A stretch of 54,124 bases of DNA from a virus. Its lineage: Duplodnaviria > Caudoviricetes. Each line of letters opens with the position of its first letter. The stretch's first letter is position 1. The notes below the pieces were generated by a model, which searched no databases, had not been told where the DNA came from, and saw only the letters and a program-made list of their open reading frames with translations. This document shows positions 34,012 through 43,404 of this stretch, in pieces. Location: the IMG/VR virus record IMGVR_UViG_3300037421_000099, positions 1 through 54,124 of that record. The stretch is one strand, 5' to 3'. A program made the position numbers and the translations under genes.

Positions 34012-34830
34012 TCATTTTGCTGCGCACATGCGCTTGAGCAGGTCGACTGCAGACGCCTGCATCGCCTCGACGATTGGCTTGAGTCGAGATCGCGCGGCGT
34101 CCCCTGCGGCGGCCCGTGCGGCGTCCCCTGCGGCGGCCCGTGCGGCGTCCCCTGCGGCGTCCCATGCGGCGTCCCATGCGGCGTCCCATGCGGCGTCCCA
34201 TGCGGCGTCCCCTGCGGCGGCCCATGCGGCGTCCCATGCGGCGTCCCCTGCGGCGGCCCATGCGGCGGCCCCTGCGGCGTCCCCTGCGGCGTCCCATGCG
34301 GCGGCCCCTGCGGCGGCCCATGCGGCGGCCCATGCGGCGGCCCCTTGTTTCTTCGCCTCTTCGCACGTTGCGCGAGCGTTGGCAAGATCCGTTTGCGATC
34401 GAATCTCCGCCAACGATTCCAGCGCCGTCGCGCACTCGTCGAGGTTCGTGAGTCGAAGGAACGCAGGCGTTCGCACGCGGATGTCCCAGTCGATCGCCAT
34501 CCACATCCGGCGGAGCATAAGCGCATCGTCGTCCTTCGTGTCGGGTAGTAGGTCCAGAAGTTCCGCCGTGAAGATCCGGGTGCGCGTCTCGTCGTTCGAA
34601 ATGTTGTCGTTCCACCGACGTACGAAGGCACCGATCGTCGGGCACACGCACGCCAGCGAGTCGGTCCAGCCCGACACGATCTGCTTCTTCGGCCACCCTT
34701 GGCGCGCTGCCCATCGGAGATACGCCGCCTCCATTGCGCAAGCCTGAACCGCTCCGTTCGGGGGCTCGTGTTTGCCGTGACGGATCGTCAGATTGTCGAT
34801 GTCCCAGGGGATGGTCGTCGTCGTCGTCAT
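34012..34830 (-). CDS. phage protein with AA(W/G/R)(D/A) tetrapeptide repeats
   Basis: CAMEA, CVCPTI..F..RWND and about 20 Ala-rich tetrapeptide repeats. Confidence 0.8.
   Translation of the reverse strand: MTTTTTIPWDIDNLTIRHGKHEPPNGAVQACAMEAAYLRWAARQGWPKKQIVSGWTDSLACVCPTIGAFVRRWNDNISNDETRTRIFTAELLDLLPDTKDDDALMLRRMWMAIDWDIRVRTPAFLRLTNLDECATALESLAEIRSQTDLANARATCEEAKKQGAAAWAAAWAAAGAAAWDAAGDAAGAAAWAAAGDAAWDAAWAAAGDAAWDAAWDAAWDAAWDAAGDAARAAAGDAARAAAGDAARSRLKPIVEAMQASAVDLLKRMCAAK
34093..34343. repeat. 12-bp tandem repeat (GCGGCGTCCCAT-like, about 20 copies)
   Basis: Directly visible. Confidence 0.9.
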
Positions 34831-34924
34831 TGTGGTCTCCGTCTCAATTCGGCCATGTAGGTGTCAGCCCGATCGCGTCGGGGGCACGATGGGTGTCAAC
34901 TTGATCGGGTCGGGGGCAGATCCG

Positions 34925-35416
34925 CTAACGACAAATCAGCCGTCCATTGTTGTCGACTGCAATGTACTCGTTCGACGGACACGGTAACTGAAGCGAAGGC
35001 CACAAGAACAAATGTCCATCCGATGCGGTGCACGAGTGACACACCAGGACGCAGCTCACAGCATCGACCGAGCAGCCACCGCAGCCCCACGGAAGACCCG
35101 GGTTTGTGTCGCACGAAGGCGCAGGGGCGGTCTCCGGGAGGGAGACCTCTGGAAGGCTCGCTTCTACCGGCGCAGGTGGGCTCGCTTCTGTCAGGCCAGA
35201 GTCGGCTTGCGCCGCTGCCTCGATAGGCGCATCCTCATCTCCGCCCTCGACGTCGCTGCACCTGAGACACTCCCCCCCTGTCTCGGCAGCTGCGTCGGGG
35301 GCAGTTTCATTTCCGTCGCTGATCGAGCGGCCGGTAGGGTCCTCGAGAATGGCGGCGGTGAACGGAGCTCCGCCGCAGCCGCACACGATGATGACGAAAG
35401 CTCTCTCGATATTCAT
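34925..35416 (-). CDS. myxobacterial-style lipoprotein
   Basis: VIIVCGCGG lipobox-like segment, DAA/DSG acidic linker, Cys-rich end. Confidence 0.6.
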   Translation of the reverse strand: MNIERAFVIIVCGCGGAPFTAAILEDPTGRSISDGNETAPDAAAETGGECLRCSDVEGGDEDAPIEAAAQADSGLTEASPPAPVEASLPEVSLPETAPAPSCDTNPGLPWGCGGCSVDAVSCVLVCHSCTASDGHLFLWPSLQLPCPSNEYIAVDNNGRLICR

Positions 35417-35417
35417 G

Positions 35418-36014
35418 TTACTTCACCACGTAGCAGAGTTTCGATGTGACCTGCTGAATCTGCCTTTTCTTGCCGATCGTGCGTCCGATCGCTTCTCTCA
35501 CCTCTGCCCAGTCCCAGTCGTCGATGAAGAGGAATCCGCCGGGCGATAGCACTTCCATCGTGTTGAGAATGTCGGCGCTCGCGCCATCGACAGTGTGGGA
35601 GCCGTCGACCAGGGCGAGGCGGAACCTACCGGAGTAGGGGACGGGGAGCATGGCGGTGAGTTTTGGTACGATCTCTTTTGAATCGCCGCGGTAGACAATA
35701 AGCGTCGAGTTGAAGTTGGATCGGTAGATACGTGCTCCTTCGTCATCACGGTGATGAGTTACATCGAGCCTGCGAAGATTTGCCTCGAACTCCGGAAACG
35801 AGTCGTGCTCCGGCAAGTCTTCGCCGCCCATGAACGTGTCCACCGCGACAGTGGTGCCGGCTACCTGCACCAGGCCCGAGGTCGTACGCCCCTTGTACGC
35901 TCCGATCTCGAGCACGTCTCCATCGACGTCGGCTGAGAGAAGCGTTGCGGCACCGACCATCGCGGCGATCTCGATATCGTGCATGTACCCTTGGCTGCTC
36001 GGAACAAGCTTCAT
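35418..36014 (-). CDS. class I SAM methyltransferase (Methyltransf_24-like)
   Basis: LEIGAYKGRTT, VDTF, VDGSH, GGFLFIDD. Confidence 0.85.
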   Translation of the reverse strand: MKLVPSSQGYMHDIEIAAMVGAATLLSADVDGDVLEIGAYKGRTTSGLVQVAGTTVAVDTFMGGEDLPEHDSFPEFEANLRRLDVTHHRDDEGARIYRSNFNSTLIVYRGDSKEIVPKLTAMLPVPYSGRFRLALVDGSHTVDGASADILNTMEVLSPGGFLFIDDWDWAEVREAIGRTIGKKRQIQQVTSKLCYVVK

Positions 36015-36379
36015 GGCTTCACCTTCCCCGATTCGTACGCCTGCTTCGCGACCTCTATCACCTCATCCAACGTAACCCCTAGCACTCTCATGCGCACGCC
36101 CGCAACTCGTAGAACCGCAATCGAGACAGCGCGGGAGGCTTCGCGCGAATCGAGCCGGTGAACCGCACGCACGGCGGTCTGCTCGGCCCAGAGCCAGGTG
36201 GCGAAGTCGTCGATGATGAGCGAAACGATTTCGTCGAAGGTCGGTTTCACCCTGCGATTGATCTCTTCTTCGCCCGTCAGCCCATCCTTGTTCGGGATCA
36301 CGACGTCTACGATCGGCGGAGGGTGACCGAGCCGGCGCGGCGTGTTCACGTCTTCAGCTACGTACTTCTTGTGATCCAC
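36011..36379 (-). CDS. hypothetical protein
   Basis: GTG start with GAGG. Confidence 0.5.
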   Translation of the reverse strand: MDHKKYVAEDVNTPRRLGHPPPIVDVVIPNKDGLTGEEEINRRVKPTFDEIVSLIIDDFATWLWAEQTAVRAVHRLDSREASRAVSIAVLRVAGVRMRVLGVTLDEVIEVAKQAYESGKVKP

Positions 36380-36938
36380 GCCGCTTTCCTCTCCAGCTCT
36401 TCGGCGTTCTGCTTCGCCTCGAGCTCGTCGTTGTGCTGCTTGTGCCTGGAAACGGTAACTGAGAGGGCACGCAAGCGCTCTGAGTGGCGCTCGTGAAGCT
36501 CGGCGAGGCGCTCTTCGCGTGTCTGGGTGTCGCGGGTCATAGATCGTCGTCTCCTGCTTCGAATTGTTCAATCAGTTGCCGAAGTCGCCGCGCCAGTAGC
36601 GGCACGCGCCAGTCCGGGTCTCCGTCCATCCTCCACGAGCCGCACTCGCAGCAGAGGTAGAGGCCGGTGGAGTCCGCCCCGGAGACCACCAGCGTGGTCC
36701 GACCGTGCAGGCAGGTCGCAAACGCTTTTGCGTCCGAGATGATGCTTCGCAGCGGCGAGACTAGGCCGCTCGCTGCTTGGGGGAGCGGCTGTCTGGACCC
36801 GGGGTTACCCAGCATGTTGGACACCAGTAGTGAAAGGAAACGCTACGGCGTTCCCCGAGTTGGAATTGCGACTGCTCGCAGAACTTGGCTGGCTTGCCAC
36901 ACGAGCAGTTGATACGCCGGGTCTCGCCCGGCTTGAGC

Positions 36939-37325
36939 TCACGACCGTTCCTCATTCTTACTCTCCTGAATCCTGCAGTTGCAGAACGCGTACGCATCGC
37001 GCGCCCGCTCTATCATCCTCTCGAGCACCGCTTCTACGGTACCCGAGCGGTGCACGCGCTTGCCCTTGTAGATGCCTACCGCAGCGGCGTTCACGCTCAC
37101 GTAGGCGTCGCGCCGGAAGAGCGCGACGACGCGGATCGCGTCTCGTCCGCAGCCGCGGATCCGGTCGACTCCGACCGAGGTGTAGACGCGGACGACGTAG
37201 CGGCGGTCCTTGTCGTGCTCGCGGTCGAAGACCGCTTCGCCGCTGGTAGATACGCGCTTGAAGCCGGCTGATTCCAGGCGAGCGAAGAGTAGGTCAACGG
37301 GGACTTCGACGTAGTTTCCACCCAT
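36939..37325 (-). CDS. hypothetical protein
   Basis: VRVYTSV...GRDAIRV...RVHR. Confidence 0.6.
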   Translation of the reverse strand: MGGNYVEVPVDLLFARLESAGFKRVSTSGEAVFDREHDKDRRYVVRVYTSVGVDRIRGCGRDAIRVVALFRRDAYVSVNAAAVGIYKGKRVHRSGTVEAVLERMIERARDAYAFCNCRIQESKNEERS

Positions 37326-37341
37326 GTTCGTCAGACGTCTT

Positions 37342-37641
37342 TCATTCCCAGAGATTCAACGCTTTTCGGATCTCTTGCGAGAGCTGTTGCTCGAGACGGT
37401 CCAGCTCTTTGCTCGCTGCTCGCGCGTCACGTATGACGTTTTCTGTCAGTGGGCCTTCGATGAGGGCGTCGTACGCATCTACGGCAGCTGAGAGGGCCAT
37501 CGCGTAAGAGAGCGGGAGCGTGACCGTCTCGACCTTGGGTGGTCGTGGTAACGAGAGCGAGATCCTTTGGTTCGGAATCACGATCTCTTCGTCGGACGCA
37601 ACGATTCTCATACGGCGCGTTCGTCGGCGTGTAGAGCTCAC
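37342..37641 (-). CDS. hypothetical protein
   Basis: Coupled ORF. Confidence 0.5.
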   Translation of the reverse strand: MSSTRRRTRRMRIVASDEEIVIPNQRISLSLPRPPKVETVTLPLSYAMALSAAVDAYDALIEGPLTENVIRDARAASKELDRLEQQLSQEIRKALNLWE

Positions 37642-37883
37642 GACGCCAGCACAACGCGCGCCAGCTCGCGTCCCTCCTTGGTGAGCCGGAACACCACGAC
37701 CTCTCCTGCGGGGCCACGGATGTTGTCCGCGATCTCCAGGACGCCATCGAGCCAGAGACGCGCGGCGAGAAGCGGGTTCACGAAGCTCGGGCTCGGAACG
37801 ATGCTCGATACAACGAGCCCCGTTTCGTGAGCTCGCTGGACGACGCCGCGAGCGGCGGGCGATAGCTTGATGACGTCAGCCAT
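37638..37883 (-). CDS. hypothetical protein (winged-helix-like end)
   Basis: FRLTKEGRELAR. Confidence 0.5.
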   Translation of the reverse strand: MADVIKLSPAARGVVQRAHETGLVVSSIVPSPSFVNPLLAARLWLDGVLEIADNIRGPAGEVVVFRLTKEGRELARVVLAS

Positions 37884-38295
37884 ATCGAATCTCTCCCAGT
37901 AGCGCGAGCTGGATGACGACGTCCTCTCGAGTCGAGTCTGTCTGCTCGTACCAGTCTGCTCCCCAGCGCTTGATGCCCTCCTCCCAGGCTCGGAGCGCAG
38001 CGGCCCTGTCGAGCCGATACCAGCGAGGCGGTAGCGCTTTGCCGGCACGCCATACACGTTCCACCGCGCATACCGTGGTCTGATTCGGACGCGGATCGTC
38101 GCTCTGCTCGTACACGAGCCATCCGAGCTCTCGATCGCATTCCGCGCCGTACGCCCAGTAGCCCGCGTATCCGCGTCCGAAAACGTCTGAGAATCTCGTA
38201 AGGTACTCGACCCAGAACCCGTCGACCTTCACGGTCATCGAGAACGTGTGCTCGAACGGTTCGTGCTTCTTCTCGACCGCTGCATTCTCTCCCAT
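37876..38295 (-). CDS. hypothetical protein
   Basis: GGAGG RBS; C-terminal DVVIQLALLGEIRYG. Confidence 0.65.
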   Translation of the reverse strand: MGENAAVEKKHEPFEHTFSMTVKVDGFWVEYLTRFSDVFGRGYAGYWAYGAECDRELGWLVYEQSDDPRPNQTTVCAVERVWRAGKALPPRWYRLDRAAALRAWEEGIKRWGADWYEQTDSTREDVVIQLALLGEIRYG

Positions 38296-38307
38296 GTTCG
38301 TTTCCTC

Positions 38308-38412
38308 CGTCCCAATCGACCCGCGAGCATCGCCAGAGGACACACCCAATGGACTCGAGCTAGCTCGCAGGTCGGTTGGGACGGGCGACCCTTCGGCGGG
38401 TCGCCCTCCCTT
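38308..38412 (-). ncRNA. intergenic structured RNA element, copy 1 (anti-RBS loop)
   Basis: GGGCGACCC/GGGTCGCCC hairpin plus 21-bp stem 38308-38328/38363-38383 enclosing CCAUUGGGUGUGUCCU. Confidence 0.55.
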
Positions 38413-38416
38413 CGTC

Positions 38417-39871
38417 TCACTCGTCGTCGTTGAAACGCTTCTTCTTCTTCCCGAGGCCGTACACGAGACGCAGATCGTTCTTCGCTCGCGTCACCGCGAC
38501 GTACCAGAGATTGTCTTCCTCCTTCTCGGGGCGGTTTCGGTACGTGTCGGCCAGGAGCCACACCCGTTCGCGCTCCAGCCCTTTCGCCTTGTGCGTAGTC
38601 GACAGTACGATCCGGTCGCCGTCGTTATTGTCGGCGAACAGGCGCTCGATCGTGTCGAGCATGTCCCGGACGGTGCGCGCGCCATCGGAGAGGACCATGA
38701 GGCACTCGGCGCGATCCTCGACGGCTTGCGTGCTCTTGCGCTTGGCCTGCAAGCGCTTAACCTCGCCGTCGAGCCACGCGTCCACATACTCACGGAACTC
38801 TTCGATCGTTTTCGCGTTGGACCGCTTGACGAACGAAGCGAGGTTGGCGCCGATGTCGCGTCCTTGAATGTGAGCGCGCCGGCCCTGCTTCAGAAACTGA
38901 AAGCAGAGCGAGAGCAGCGGCGCGTTGGTGCGTGAGAGGACGAAGTCTCCGGCGGCAGCATCCCGCATCAGGACGTCTACCGTCGCATCCTCGCCGTCCG
39001 AAACGCTTCCTTCGGCCGCGCCGGGCGCCGCTTCGAGGTCGCCCACGATCTCTTTCGCCAACTCGACGATCGATCGGCCGCACCGGTAGGTCACCGAAAG
39101 CGGAAGCTCGCGCGCGCCGAGGGCGTCACGCACGCGCTCGAACGCGCCTGCCGCTGCACCTCGGAAGCCGTAGATCGCTTGCTCGGGGTCTCCGACGGCG
39201 ACCACGCGACCCGTCGGCTTGACCGCTTTGAGCACGAGCTCGATCTGCGCCGGGTTCAGGTCTTGCGTTTCGTCCACGAAAACGAAGTCGTACTGCCACA
39301 CCTTCAAGCCCAGCACGACGGGGAGCCAGATCATATCGTCGAAGTCGAGGATCCCGTCGGAGGTGTCCTTGCACCGGTCCAAGATGTAGAGCACGTCCGT
39401 CACGAACGAGTCGCGATCGTCCACGCAATCGAGGCTGAGTTCATCGATCAGGTTGTCGATATCGTCGCGCGTCGACAGAAGACTCCCCTTGGCCCAGCTG
39501 ACGGCTTTGGCCATGTCGCGGCGCAGGTCGAAGTTGTGGTCGTCGCCCACGCGCGCAACGATCATCCCGTCAGTGCGCCGGCTTTCGATCTTGAGCTTGC
39601 CGAGGGCCTTGGTGCAGGCCCGCAGGCCGTAGGAGTGCAGCGTCGACACCTCGACTCCAATTACACCATCGTCGCGCACACGGGCTTTCAGCGCCTCCGA
39701 GATTGACTTGTTGAACGCGCAGAAGAGAGACGACTTGCCGTAAGGCACGTGCTTCAGCGCGCCGAGAATCGTCGTCGTCTTTCCGGAACCGGCACGGGCC
39801 TTGACGACGAGGTGGCCCGAACCGTCGGATACTTCACGGAAGATCGCTTGCTGCAGAGGGGACCATTGCAT
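38417..39871 (-). CDS. UvrD/Rep-like SF1 helicase
   Basis: ARAGSGKTT, VDETQD, GDPEQAIYGFRGA, YRC, STTHKAKGLE, YVAVTRAK. Confidence 0.92.
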   Translation of the reverse strand: MQWSPLQQAIFREVSDGSGHLVVKARAGSGKTTTILGALKHVPYGKSSLFCAFNKSISEALKARVRDDGVIGVEVSTLHSYGLRACTKALGKLKIESRRTDGMIVARVGDDHNFDLRRDMAKAVSWAKGSLLSTRDDIDNLIDELSLDCVDDRDSFVTDVLYILDRCKDTSDGILDFDDMIWLPVVLGLKVWQYDFVFVDETQDLNPAQIELVLKAVKPTGRVVAVGDPEQAIYGFRGAAAGAFERVRDALGARELPLSVTYRCGRSIVELAKEIVGDLEAAPGAAEGSVSDGEDATVDVLMRDAAAGDFVLSRTNAPLLSLCFQFLKQGRRAHIQGRDIGANLASFVKRSNAKTIEEFREYVDAWLDGEVKRLQAKRKSTQAVEDRAECLMVLSDGARTVRDMLDTIERLFADNNDGDRIVLSTTHKAKGLERERVWLLADTYRNRPEKEEDNLWYVAVTRAKNDLRLVYGLGKKKKRFNDDE

Positions 39872-39919
39872 GGGGGTGTGTCCTTTCAGAGAGTGAGACG
39901 GACCGCTAGCGCGGCCTAT

Positions 39920-40090
39920 TCAAGATGGCGAAGTTTTCTTGCAGCTCTCGCACGTCACGCGAACACGAGAGAGAGTAGAGAGCACTCCGACCTGAACGCC
40001 GAGCACACGCCCCGTTTCGCGTCCGCACACGGTGCGGCCGGTGTGCTGCTCTGGATGCCACGGTCGGATGAGGTGGATCTTTCGTTTCAT
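39920..40090 (-). CDS. small Zn-binding protein
   Basis: GGAGG RBS; H...VCG...VTCESC. Confidence 0.5.
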   Translation of the reverse strand: MKRKIHLIRPWHPEQHTGRTVCGRETGRVLGVQVGVLSTLSRVRVTCESCKKTSPS

Positions 40091-40103
40091 GACGCGCGGA
40101 CCT

Positions 40104-40305
40104 CCGCCGCAAGCTACCCACGAGACGGGCTCGGATCCCGGACACACCCCACTTGCCGCGTGTCTACGGCGGACTCCGCCCGGCCTCTCGACCGTGTGCG
40201 CGCCACCCTTTCGGGCTGCTGGGCATCGTCGCTGCAGTGGGAATACAACCGTTTCTCTCGTGGGTAGCTTGCGACGGGCGACCCCTCAATCAAGGTCGCC
40301 CGTCC
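40104..40305 (-). ncRNA. intergenic structured RNA element, copy 2 (anti-RBS loop)
   Basis: GACGGGCGACC/GGTCGCCCGTC hairpin plus 22-bp stem 40104-40125/40256-40277 enclosing GGGGUGUGUCC. Confidence 0.55.
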
Positions 40306-40311
40306 GTTGTC

Positions 40312-41049
40312 TCAGTGAACCGGTACGCCATCCTCCTCCCTCGGCTCGACGGGAGCCGGAACCGTTTCGGACCCCTTGCCCTCGCGTCGCTCGCGCTCGC
40401 GCCGGCAATCGTGGCACTCGTCGGAGCCTTCGAGGCCAGCGCGATCGATCGGGCGCCGGCACACGCGGCACCGTTCCGTCGTGTCGATGCGGGCGAGATC
40501 GGCGAAGAATGAACGGGCGCTACTCAGCTCCAGCCATCGCCAAGTCTGCCCACGGTGGTGGTCGCGCATCCGGACGCCGGTCGCTTCCGTGTACAGCTTC
40601 CAATCGATCGCGAGGTGCACGGCTTTGAAACACGCCATGATGCGCATCGCGTGCTCGGCAAAGTCGGCCGTTGAGCCGTACGTCTCACGTTGCTCGCTGA
40701 GCCGTCGTTCGACCGCGGTGAGCGAGGTACCGATCTGCTTCGCATCGTAGGCGTCCACGAGGTGCAGATCGGCATAGTTCGGTTCGGCCACGCTGGCCGA
40801 AAGCTCGCGCGGAGGATCGATCTCACCGCGGTAGTTTGGGCTTGTGCTCGCTCGATAGTAGCGCCACACGAGCATGCCGCGTTCGGGCACGGGGATGCCA
40901 GCCACGGCACCCTTAGGGCTTGAAGGGTAGTCGCCGCCGTCGGTCTCGCGGACGGCTAGGTGCAGCTGGACGTAGCGCGTACCGAGCGAGTCGGCGCCAT
41001 AGCTCGTGACGGTAATGCAGGCGGGTCGCTTGTCGTTCTTGGGTCGCAT
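40312..41049 (-). CDS. hypothetical protein
   Basis: GAGG-CACACACCC-ATG start. Confidence 0.6.
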   Translation of the reverse strand: MRPKNDKRPACITVTSYGADSLGTRYVQLHLAVRETDGGDYPSSPKGAVAGIPVPERGMLVWRYYRASTSPNYRGEIDPPRELSASVAEPNYADLHLVDAYDAKQIGTSLTAVERRLSEQRETYGSTADFAEHAMRIMACFKAVHLAIDWKLYTEATGVRMRDHHRGQTWRWLELSSARSFFADLARIDTTERCRVCRRPIDRAGLEGSDECHDCRRERERREGKGSETVPAPVEPREEDGVPVH

Positions 41050-41095
41050 GGGTGTGTGCCTCGTGAGAAGTTGGACGGGTGTCAGCGTGAAGTAT

Positions 41096-41335
41096 TCACG
41101 CCAGCGGACGAGAAAAGCGCGAGAGGTGGCCCGCGTCGGCAACGAACGGACTAGCGAACGTTGAATGCGGCTTCATCCGGAGCGTGGACGTTCGGAGGCT
41201 GTAGGTCCAAGACCCTAGGCCGGCGTCGAAACGTCGCGGACTCACGTCGAGCGGAGCCTGATAGTAGAGCGGTCGCCCGGTCGCTGCGTACTCGAGCACG
41301 GCGACCCACGAATCGAAGTGGACGTGGGCGATCAT
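41096..41335 (-). CDS. hypothetical protein
   Basis: Coupled to upstream gene; LYYQAPLD. Confidence 0.5.
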   Translation of the reverse strand: MIAHVHFDSWVAVLEYAATGRPLYYQAPLDVSPRRFDAGLGSWTYSLRTSTLRMKPHSTFASPFVADAGHLSRFSRPLA

Positions 41336-41550
41336 TCGCTCACCCGAACTTTGCCGGGATGCGCAGCGCAGAACGCCTTAGCAGCCGCCTTGCGGCCGAA
41401 AGTAAAGACGTGGCCGGGTGCGTACGAGACGCGAGACTCCGGCACTTCGATACGTGACACGACGGGGCCGCCAGCGAGTAACCGCGATTCGAGTACGGTT
41501 GCAGGCGTGACAATCTCGAACGATTCGATCGCTACGACTTTCGTTGCCAT
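41332..41550 (-). CDS. hypothetical protein
   Basis: AAGGAG-ACACACCC-ATG. Confidence 0.6.
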   Translation of the reverse strand: MATKVVAIESFEIVTPATVLESRLLAGGPVVSRIEVPESRVSYAPGHVFTFGRKAAAKAFCAAHPGKVRVSE

Positions 41551-41570
41551 GGGTGTGTCTCCTTTGCACT

Positions 41571-41612
41571 GCGATTGCGCCGGCCCGTTTGACGGGGCCG
41601 GCGGGGTCGCAA
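41571..41612 (-). promoter_or_regulatory. conserved intergenic hairpin with CCC/CAA internal loop (copy A)
   Basis: GCGA-CCC-CGCCGGCCC...GGGCCGGCG-CAA-TCGC. Confidence 0.5.
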
Positions 41613-41613
41613 T

Positions 41614-43326
41614 TCAAGCGGAGCGAACGATCGTGAACAGAGCGACGTTGACGTTCGTCCCTTGCGTTTTGAACGTTCCTTCGGGGAGGTCTTCCCACGT
41701 TGCCGCTATCGGCTTCAGCGCGTCACGCTGGCGCGGTCCGTTCGCGCAAAGGCCTACCAGGATCCCACCTTCACGGAGCATCGTGAGAGCGTGGCGTACG
41801 TGCTTGATATCGGCGCCGTCGGCGAAAGGCGGGTTCATGACGACGCGATCGAACGTGTCGAGGTCGCCTGGATTGAGCGCGAGAAAGTCAGCGTGTCGAA
41901 CGTTCATGAACGAATCGGCTAGCGCCTTCGCCAAGCGCGCGTCTACCTCAACCGAGGTCACGCACGCACCCTTCGCGCGAATCGCACGCACGAGGTTCCC
42001 TGTACCGGCGGAAGGCTCAAGCACGAGGTGATGCGGTTCGATCTTCGCAAGTTCTACCATGCGGGTTGCGAGGTCCGCAGGTGTGGGAAACAGTTGGGGC
42101 GCCGCGACCACTTGAACGCCCGCCTTCAGTTGCGCGCGCATCGCGTCCAGCTCCGCCGGAGCTTCACGCTTGGCGCGAGGCGGGCTTGAAAGCGCCGCCG
42201 CATTGGTGGCCTGCTCGTCTCGCCTTCGCTCGATCTCGGCGGAGAAGTCTTTGAACCGCGGAGGCGCGTCGCTGCCTTCGACCGGCGGGTCCACCCGTTT
42301 GGAGTCGGATAGATAGATCGCGCACAAGGCGCCACGCACGATCGCGGTCCGAACGCGAGCCCCACGCACGAGACGCGTTCCCTTGTAGTCGCAGTGTAGC
42401 TTCGCGTACTCGGCTTTCGTCATGGTCGCGTAGCCCTCGCCGGGGAAGTTGGCCATCGGAGCGAGGTCGCGACGCGACGGCTTGGGGGGCGTAGGCACGT
42501 CGCCAAGCATCGCCCGCTCATACGCGAGACGGAGATCGATATGGGCGATCCATCGGTTGGCATCCGCAATGATGACCACGTGTCGCGCAAGGGCCTTTTC
42601 GGCCGCCTGAGCCGCGTTGATCTCCCCCTTGTCGAGGCTTGACCAGACGCCAAACGGCGCCGCACGATCGTAGTTTGCAATCTGCTTTGCAGTGGCGTCC
42701 GTGAGGTCGGGTTTACTCCAGGCTTTGGAGTAGAATTCGCTCGCTTTGAGCGAGCGTTCATGTCGGCGCCGATCCGCCTCCAAACCCTTGATCCGACGCT
42801 GGCGCACGCCAGGAAGTTCCTTGTACTTGGCATGATGCAGCGCGCCGGCCGCGCGCCGCTCCCAATACTTGGACGTCTCCCACATGCGGATCGTCTTCCT
42901 CATGCCGTTTTCGATCCGTTCGGCATCCTTGCGCGCGTGGCGTTCGGAGTGATGGCCAACGAGGATCGGTTGACCCATCGGAATCCCGTCCGCGATCCGG
43001 TCGACTGCAGCGCGAGCCGCTTGCGCGTCGTGCGCTCGCTTGTCGCTGTAGCCTTCGAACCGTTCCGCGCGTTCCTCGGCTCGATCGCAAAGGCTCGTGT
43101 CCTCGTCTCCGATCTCGCCGCAAAGCTCCAGCAGAAGATCGGCCCGTTCCGGGGTCCACATGGGAGCCACGAAAAGGTCTTGACGAGGTGCCCATATGAA
43201 ACCGGCCGCGCGAACGCGATCGTATGTTTCTTTGGGCAGGCGTGTAGCGCTGTACAAGCGAAGCTTGTTGTCATCCGGGCTATATGTGCCCGTCATGCCA
43301 AAAGCCGTTTCAGGTGCGGCGTTCAT
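41614..43326 (-). CDS. DUF3560 domain + adenine methyltransferase fusion
   Basis: TYSPDDNKLRLY, GQPILVGHHSE, QLFPTP, LEPSAGTG, MNPPF. Confidence 0.88.
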   Translation of the reverse strand: MNAAPETAFGMTGTYSPDDNKLRLYSATRLPKETYDRVRAAGFIWAPRQDLFVAPMWTPERADLLLELCGEIGDEDTSLCDRAEERAERFEGYSDKRAHDAQAARAAVDRIADGIPMGQPILVGHHSERHARKDAERIENGMRKTIRMWETSKYWERRAAGALHHAKYKELPGVRQRRIKGLEADRRRHERSLKASEFYSKAWSKPDLTDATAKQIANYDRAAPFGVWSSLDKGEINAAQAAEKALARHVVIIADANRWIAHIDLRLAYERAMLGDVPTPPKPSRRDLAPMANFPGEGYATMTKAEYAKLHCDYKGTRLVRGARVRTAIVRGALCAIYLSDSKRVDPPVEGSDAPPRFKDFSAEIERRRDEQATNAAALSSPPRAKREAPAELDAMRAQLKAGVQVVAAPQLFPTPADLATRMVELAKIEPHHLVLEPSAGTGNLVRAIRAKGACVTSVEVDARLAKALADSFMNVRHADFLALNPGDLDTFDRVVMNPPFADGADIKHVRHALTMLREGGILVGLCANGPRQRDALKPIAATWEDLPEGTFKTQGTNVNVALFTIVRSA

Positions 43327-43357
43327 GGGGTGTGTGTCCTTTCGCTAGAGTGAACGG

Positions 43358-43403
43358 CGATTGCGCCCGCTCGTCCCCGTTAGACGAGCGGGCGGGGTCG
43401 CGA
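43358..43403 (-). promoter_or_regulatory. conserved intergenic hairpin with CCC/CAA internal loop (copy B)
   Basis: GCGA-CCC-CGCCCGCTCGTC...GACGAGCGGGCG-CAA-TCGC. Confidence 0.5.
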
Positions 43404-43404
43404 T

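Noticed and set aside
33937-34747. Long alternative-frame ORFs (GVPC, GRRM, PHGP repeats)
   Set aside because: Shadows of the stop-free 12-bp repeat; only 34012-34830 has an RBS and a plausible non-repeat domain.
34012-34830. Diversity-generating retroelement target
   Set aside because: No reverse transcriptase and no template/variable repeat pair seen.
38350-38364. Plus-strand mini-ORF ATG GAC TCG AGC TAG after GAGGACACACCC
   Set aside because: Only four codons and no equivalent ATG in the second element; better explained as the antisense seed, though not excluded.
41061-41071. CTTCTCACG upstream of gene 41049 matching the primase leader loop
   Set aside because: A single 9-10 nt match can arise by chance in 54 kb.
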